Origin: Terriglobia bacterium | Lineage (GTDB): Bacteria; Acidobacteriota; Terriglobia; JAIQFV01 | DNA length: 64,000 bases | Assembly: GCA_020072965.1 (NCBI GenBank) | Contig: JAIQFY010000011.1 | Span: 14,925-78,924, forward strand | Direction: 5' to 3' | Part shown: in pieces, positions 58,910 through 64,000 of the stretch | How the letters are laid out: the number at the start of each line of letters is the position of its first letter | Position numbering within the stretch: position 1 is the stretch's first letter | Position numbers and translations under genes: made by a program | Notes under the pieces: generated by a model | Databases searched by the model: none | Seen by the model: the letters and a program-made list of their open reading frames with translations, nothing else | Told to the model about the DNA's origin: nothing

Positions 58910-60700
58910 ATGCAATCCCGGAAGCGACAACGACAAAGCATGCTGGTGCTGGTGATCTTTCTGCTCGCAGTCTTTCTCGTCGTGTCTTATCGATTCTACA
59001 AGGAAACCGAAATCAAGGTGGTGGCACAGTCCGGCGTTCAACAATGGTTGATTGCAGAAACGGCCGCGGCGGGAGTGGAAGGGTACTTTGACACCATTTA
59101 CAAGCGCCTGGAAAAGGAATCCACGACCCTCGCCGCCCGCCCTGCGAACCAGCCCATTGCAGACCATTCACTCGACGCACTCTATCTCGATTTGTCGTAC
59201 CGGATTGCAGGGGTCTACCTGCTGAACGACAAATTTCAGATCGAGGTCTTTCGATCCAACGATCCCCAACTACGTAGTTATCTGCCGCAGATCACGGGAC
59301 CCTTGATGACCGCCCTTCTGCGCGGAGAACATGTGGTAGGCTCTCCGGTCGCCATCAGTAACTATGAATACATCTTCGAGATCCTCGAACCGGTGCTCGA
59401 TTCGGGGGGGCACTTGAAGATGGCCCTCGGCGCCGCGGTTCCCCTCCGGAATTTGAGCTCTCTCTATCTCGACCCGTTGAATTCCACCAAGACCCATTAC
59501 GCGTGGATGCTGGATCAGAAAGGGATGCTTCTCTACAATCCACGTCACGCCGAGATGCTGGGACACCAGATTCTCCAAAACCGCCAGGAGTGTTTTTCCT
59601 GCCACCTTAATTTCGAGACGGAAGAACGTATGGTGCGCGGGGATACGGGGACGGCGACCATCGAATTCAGGAACAAGGACCGGGACCTGGTCGCCTTTAC
59701 ACCCATCCGCATGGGTAATCAGCATTGGTCGCTCGCCGTTTCGATCCCCTATACCGAGGCCACCGCACTCACCCGTGACAGTTTTCGCAACACTCTCCTC
59801 CTGGTGGCCTTCTTCTTCTCGATCATTATTGGCGGGGCGGTGCTGGTCATGAACATGCACGCCCGCAGCATCAAGGCCGAAGAGGAGGCGCGGTTCACAA
59901 GACGGCAGGCGCAACTCGAGCGTCAATTGCTGCAGTCAGAACAACTGGCGGGCATCGGCCGTATGACCTCGCAGATTGCCCATCAAATCAAGACGCCGCT
60001 CTCGGCCATCTCGTTGAACATTGAGTATCTCGAAAAAGAAGTCCGAAAGCGCCTCCTTTCCAGTGGCGTCCCGATGGGTGATGCTTCGCTGGAAGACATC
60101 GAGAATGTCACGGCTTCAGTCACCAGCGAGATTCAGCGTCTGGCCGCTTTGATCGAAGACTATTTGAAATTTGCGCGCCTTCCTAAACCCGTCTTTCATC
60201 CGGGTTCACTGACCGAAATGTTGGAAAGCCAGGCGGCGTTTTTGGAAAAGGAAATGGGAGACCGTCACATTCAGTTGAAGGTAGACGCTGCGCCTGCGGG
60301 AAGCGGTGAGGCCGGCGGCCCCGATAAGATTCTGATGGATGAAAACCTGATCTGGCAGGCCGTTACCAATCTCATCCGCAACTCGGCCGAGGCAATGCCC
60401 TCAGGCGGTACGATCACACTGCGCGTAAGATGCGCCGACAATGACGTCGAATTCAAAGTCTCGGACGAAGGGACCGGAATCCCCGAAGACAAGCTCCCCC
60501 ACATCTTTGAACCCTTCTTCACGACCAAGCCTGACGGAACCGGATTGGGACTCTCTTATGTCCACCGGGTCGTCACCGAACATCACGCTTTCATCGCCTG
60601 CCAGAGCCGCATGGGCGTGGGAACATCATTCACGATTAACTTTCCCCGGTGGACAGACCAATCCCTGGAAGATGGAGCCTATGTTGATGCTAAATCGTGA
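58910..60700 (+). CDS. Sensor histidine kinase with periplasmic sensor domain containing a CXXCH heme-binding motif
   Basis: Two TM helices flank an approx. 280-aa periplasmic domain containing CFSCH. H-box IAHQIKTPLSAIS. HATPase_c N/G boxes (IRNSAEAM, DEGTGIP, GLGLSY). Confidence 0.8.
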   Translation: MQSRKRQRQSMLVLVIFLLAVFLVVSYRFYKETEIKVVAQSGVQQWLIAETAAAGVEGYFDTIYKRLEKESTTLAARPANQPIADHSLDALYLDLSYRIAGVYLLNDKFQIEVFRSNDPQLRSYLPQITGPLMTALLRGEHVVGSPVAISNYEYIFEILEPVLDSGGHLKMALGAAVPLRNLSSLYLDPLNSTKTHYAWMLDQKGMLLYNPRHAEMLGHQILQNRQECFSCHLNFETEERMVRGDTGTATIEFRNKDRDLVAFTPIRMGNQHWSLAVSIPYTEATALTRDSFRNTLLLVAFFFSIIIGGAVLVMNMHARSIKAEEEARFTRRQAQLERQLLQSEQLAGIGRMTSQIAHQIKTPLSAISLNIEYLEKEVRKRLLSSGVPMGDASLEDIENVTASVTSEIQRLAALIEDYLKFARLPKPVFHPGSLTEMLESQAAFLEKEMGDRHIQLKVDAAPAGSGEAGGPDKILMDENLIWQAVTNLIRNSAEAMPSGGTITLRVRCADNDVEFKVSDEGTGIPEDKLPHIFEPFFTTKPDGTGLGLSYVHRVVTEHHAFIACQSRMGVGTSFTINFPRWTDQSLEDGAYVDAKS

Positions 60701-61799
60701 TTCAGATCCCCTGATTCGACAGCAGCGCCGGGGTCGAACCCGGAAATTGGCCCAGGGACGATCTCTCACAAGGCGGGCCCTGCGCCTTGTTTCCACGAGT
60801 CTCGTTTTTGGGACAGGTCTCCTCGCGGCCTTGCTGGGTTTTTCGGCAGTCAACGCAGGTTCCACATTCGGGTCGCCGGATTGTACCCTCTGCCATGCGA
60901 ATTCAAAAACCCCTGTTACCCAGGACATGCTCAAAGACTCTGTCCATGCACGGCTCACGTGTATTGATTGTCATACTGGAATCCTGAATGCTCCCCATGC
61001 CGAGAAGCCCCCAGCCGTAGACTGTGGATCCTGCCATGCCGCCGAATCAATGGGATGGCACAAGAGTCCGCACGCGGTGAGGCCGGGCGCTCCTACCTGT
61101 GTCGGTTGCCATGGAACTCATTCCATGCATGCAATTCGCCCCGGGAACAACTCTGTCATCAAGCTGCAGATTGCCCAGCTCTGCGAAAAATGTCACGACA
61201 AGCAATTTGCCAGCTACAAGACCAGCGTTCATGCCCGAGCCTTGGAAAGAGGAGATGGAGAGGCGGCCACCTGCACCGATTGCCATGGCGGGCATGCCAT
61301 CCAAGGTCCCGAATCCGCCGGTTCGCCGGTGGCTCCTGCTTCCGTTTCCAGCACCTGCGGCGCCTGTCACGCCGATAAGAAGACCATGTCGATGTCCGGG
61401 CTCCCTACAGACCGGGTGTCCACATTCCGTAGCAGTTTTCACGCTGCCGCGTTGAGAATGGGGAACATGAAAGCTGCCACCTGTGCCTCATGCCATGGCG
61501 CCCATGACATCCTAGCTTCCCCCGATCCCGCCTCGCGCACCAGTCCGGCCAATTTGCCGAAGACATGCAGTCGATGCCATGCCGGTGTGAAGCAGGGGTT
61601 TGCCGGTGTCAGGATCCATGTTGATGTCAGCCCGACTGGGGCGAGAGCCGCCTGGTTTGTCCGAATCTTTTACATTGCATTCATCAGCATCCTGGTGCTG
61701 GGTTTCATCATTCACATTCTCGCCGAGCGCTTGGGGGCACTGAGAAAGAGAAGGATTGCGCACCGCGATGCTTCTTCGGAAAAGGGGGGTGTCCAATGA
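60681..61799 (+). CDS. Nonaheme c-type cytochrome with C-terminal membrane anchor
   Basis: 9 CXXCH. C-terminal TM helix WFVRIFYIAFISILVLGFIIHIL. Overlaps the histidine kinase stop by 20 nt. Confidence 0.8.
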   Translation: MLMLNRDSDPLIRQQRRGRTRKLAQGRSLTRRALRLVSTSLVFGTGLLAALLGFSAVNAGSTFGSPDCTLCHANSKTPVTQDMLKDSVHARLTCIDCHTGILNAPHAEKPPAVDCGSCHAAESMGWHKSPHAVRPGAPTCVGCHGTHSMHAIRPGNNSVIKLQIAQLCEKCHDKQFASYKTSVHARALERGDGEAATCTDCHGGHAIQGPESAGSPVAPASVSSTCGACHADKKTMSMSGLPTDRVSTFRSSFHAAALRMGNMKAATCASCHGAHDILASPDPASRTSPANLPKTCSRCHAGVKQGFAGVRIHVDVSPTGARAAWFVRIFYIAFISILVLGFIIHILAERLGALRKRRIAHRDASSEKGGVQ

Positions 61800-62524
61800 A
61801 TACCGCAGGTGGCCCCGAACAAGTAGACCGCAGGCCCTCGCGACAACCCGGCGCCACAATCAGCCGCCTCACATTATGGCAAAGGTGGGAGCACGGCCTG
61901 ATGGCACTTTCTGTCACGCTGCTCATCCTATCGGGTGTTGCTCTGACATACCATGAGCAAGCTTGGGCCCGATTCTTGATCTGGCTTATGGGCGGGTTGC
62001 AGGGCCGTCACTGGGTTCATCGAACCGCCGCCATAGGCCTCCTGGTCGCTGGTCTGCTGCATTTACTCGGCTTGATGCTATCTGAGCGGCATAAACGTGA
62101 TTTTCGTGAGGTCAAGCCAAGACCAAACGATTTCCGTGCCGCTTGGTCGGGGTTGAAATTTGCCTTTTCCGGAAAGGGGGAACCGCCCCATTACGGTTGG
62201 TTTACTCCCATGCAAAAGCTTCAATACTGGGGGGTGCTGATTGGATGTTTGTTGATGGGAGTCTCAGGGGTGCTTCTGTGGAACCCCGTCTTCACGCTGA
62301 ATTCCTTCCCCAAGTGGGTTCTGGACACCATGCTGGTCCTCCACGCCACGGAGGCCCAGTTCATCTTTGTGCTATTCATCCTCTGGCATCTATATGACGT
62401 CCACGTCGCGGAAGGAAATTTTCCGATGAACCCCGCCTGGCTTACAGGAAGGATGTCGGAGGAGCACTTCGCCCGGCAGCACCGTGCCTCCTGGGAAAAC
62501 GGTCGCTCCAAGGAGGAGGCATGA
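61796..62524 (+). CDS. Cytochrome b subunit (FdnI/HydC/PhsC-like dihaem b)
   Basis: 4-5 TM helices with conserved His (WEHGLMA, HRTAAIGLL, WHLYDVH). Start overlaps the upstream stop (ATGA). Confidence 0.75.
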   Translation: MNTAGGPEQVDRRPSRQPGATISRLTLWQRWEHGLMALSVTLLILSGVALTYHEQAWARFLIWLMGGLQGRHWVHRTAAIGLLVAGLLHLLGLMLSERHKRDFREVKPRPNDFRAAWSGLKFAFSGKGEPPHYGWFTPMQKLQYWGVLIGCLLMGVSGVLLWNPVFTLNSFPKWVLDTMLVLHATEAQFIFVLFILWHLYDVHVAEGNFPMNPAWLTGRMSEEHFARQHRASWENGRSKEEA

Positions 62525-63630
62525 CGCGCTCGCTCTTCAAGCCGCTTGCCCTCGAAGCCGCATTTGTCCTTCTCGGGATGACCTGGCTTGTAACCCCCCT
62601 CCCGGTCCGCGCTCAAGAAGACATTCGATGCCTTACTTGTCATGGCAAGCCCGGTTTCGAAAAAACGCTTCCCTCTGGCAAGAAGCTCGAATTATTTGTA
62701 GATCCGATGCGTTTGCGTCTCTCCGTCCACAAGGATCGGAAGTGCGTCGACTGCCATGCCGATGTGACCGAAGTCCCGCATCCCGAGATCCCCCAGAAAG
62801 TGAACTGTGGACGATGCCACTTCCTGGGTAACTCAGTAGGAGCCCCTCAGCTGCAAAGATACATCGAGTATGGGACGAGCGTTCATGGGAAAGCGCTGGC
62901 CGAAGGAAATCCCAAGGCTCCTGTTTGTCAGGATTGTCATGGAGACCATTTCATTCTTCCCGGCTCCGATGCCCGTTCTCAGGTGAACCACAAGAGCATT
63001 CCTCAGACCTGCGGGGGTTGTCATCTGGAAATCTACGCCCAGTACCAGGAATCAGTGCACGGACAGGCCCTGATCAAGGGAGTCAAAGATGCGCCGGTGT
63101 GCACCAACTGTCATGGAGAGCACAATATCCTCAAACCCCAGGACAAGACCTCCACCGTGAATCCCGGAACAGTAGTGAACACATGCTCCAAATGCCATTC
63201 CAAGGTCGTCATCATGGAGAAGTACGGGGTCAAGGCGGAGCAGGTGGCCACCTACCGGGAATCCTTCCATGGGATTGCCAACGAATTCGGGATGCTCAAG
63301 GCGGCCAACTGTGCCTCCTGTCATACCGCTCATCAGATTTTCCCGGAGCAGGACCCCCGTTCGACGGTCAATTCAAGAAACATCCCGCTCACCTGCGGAA
63401 AATGTCACCCCGGGGCCAATGCCAACTTTGCCCAGGGGCGAATTCATCTCAACCCCAAGGACAAATCGGCGGGAATCGTTTACTGGGTAGCATTGGGCTT
63501 CAAGGTCTTGACTCTATCAACACTCGCTGGTCTCCTGATCCATATCGCCCTCGACCTCTATCGCCGGTTCAAGAACCGGAAGCAGCCGGGTGAGAAGAAG
63601 GAAGTTGAAGTCGCGGAGAAGTCGCAATGA
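62521..63630 (+). CDS. Nonaheme c-type cytochrome with C-terminal membrane anchor (paralog of 60681-61799)
   Basis: Signal peptide, 9 CXXCH and a C-terminal TM helix. Same paired-CXXCH module organisation. Confidence 0.8.
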   Translation: MTRSLFKPLALEAAFVLLGMTWLVTPLPVRAQEDIRCLTCHGKPGFEKTLPSGKKLELFVDPMRLRLSVHKDRKCVDCHADVTEVPHPEIPQKVNCGRCHFLGNSVGAPQLQRYIEYGTSVHGKALAEGNPKAPVCQDCHGDHFILPGSDARSQVNHKSIPQTCGGCHLEIYAQYQESVHGQALIKGVKDAPVCTNCHGEHNILKPQDKTSTVNPGTVVNTCSKCHSKVVIMEKYGVKAEQVATYRESFHGIANEFGMLKAANCASCHTAHQIFPEQDPRSTVNSRNIPLTCGKCHPGANANFAQGRIHLNPKDKSAGIVYWVALGFKVLTLSTLAGLLIHIALDLYRRFKNRKQPGEKKEVEVAEKSQ

Positions 63631-64000
63631 GTGAAGAGAAGAGAACCTCGATCGAAGAAAGCCTTTGGGCTCAGAAGGACACGGCGGAGACGGCTGCCCG
63701 CTTGTCTCGGAGCATTTCTGATTCCGTGAGGAGAGAATTGCCGAAGGGTCTCCCGGAACCGCAGTTCAAGCGCTTGAAGAAGGAGCTTCTGGCTTCGCTT
63801 GAGAAGGAAATGGCCCTCGAGAGCCGGCGGGTCATCCGCCTCTTTCTGGATGAAGAAGAGGCACAACAGAAACATCTGGAGAAAAGGCGGAAGCGGAAAG
63901 TCCTTTTCGAAGAGTCCGTGGAGCGCATCAGTGTGAATCAACGTGCCCAGCACATGATCCTTCTTACCTGTACCGTGCTGCTTATCATCACCGGACTGCC
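63627..64000 (+). CDS. Cytochrome b subunit, second copy (5' partial, runs off the window)
   Basis: ATG at 63627 overlaps the upstream stop. The first TM region VNQRAQHMILLTCTVLLIITGL parallels RWEHGLMALSVTLLILSG of the 61796 gene. Confidence 0.5.
   Translation, partial: MSEEKRTSIEESLWAQKDTAETAARLSRSISDSVRRELPKGLPEPQFKRLKKELLASLEKEMALESRRVIRLFLDEEEAQQKHLEKRRKRKVLFEESVERISVNQRAQHMILLTCTVLLIITGL

Noticed and set aside
1-64000. CRISPR arrays, tRNA/rRNA genes, transposases, integrases, phage genes.
   Set aside because: No direct-repeat/spacer periodicity, no tRNA-like GTTCGAATC T-arm in intergenic regions, and no ORF with DDE/tyrosine-recombinase motifs were seen on either strand.

Overview
High-GC (~58-60%) bacterial chromosome segment. 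The gene content suggests an anaerobe or facultative anaerobe, possibly Acidobacteriota- or Deltaproteobacteria-like, but this is inference only. Roughly the first 45 kb is ordinary metabolic and housekeeping content. It includes DJ-1/PfpI, a membrane glycosyltransferase, an O-methyltransferase, a TlpA-like redoxin, a ferritin-like/GlcG operon, a GcvT-family protein, an MFS transporter, a nucleoside hydrolase, a DHH phosphoesterase, a compact thioesterase-KAS-methyltransferase-FAD reductase operon, a 1085-aa secreted repeat protein, a ROK kinase, a flavin reductase, S9 and M28 peptidases, a patatin-like lipase, an SDR, a Tat-exported class V aminotransferase, fused 2-oxoacid:ferredoxin oxidoreductase (porGD, porAB) followed by NfnAB-like genes and two OsmC genes, gdhA and a radical-SAM-like gene. 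The last ~18 kb (45.7-64 kb) is a dense, co-directional multiheme-cytochrome island. It carries an MtrA-like decaheme cytochrome with an MtrB-like outer-membrane beta-barrel (a porin-cytochrome conduit), a secreted pentaheme cytochrome, a Tat-exported C_GCAxxG_C_C (split-Soret-like) diheme protein, an approx. 470-bp degenerate duplicate of the pentaheme gene 3' end plus its terminator, system II cytochrome c biogenesis genes (resB/ccsA), a CDF transporter, a CbcL-like fused 11-heme c / dihaem b quinol-oxidoreductase candidate, a sensor histidine kinase with a periplasmic CXXCH motif, and two tandem split modules each made of a nonaheme membrane-anchored cytochrome c plus a cytochrome b. Three intergenic sites share the architecture GTTGCA-(N)-TGCAAC palindrome followed 110-190 bp later by a sigma54-like -24/-12 element. 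They precede the por operon, the porin-cytochrome operon and the resB-ccsA operon. No tRNA or rRNA genes, CRISPR arrays or transposase/integrase genes were detected.
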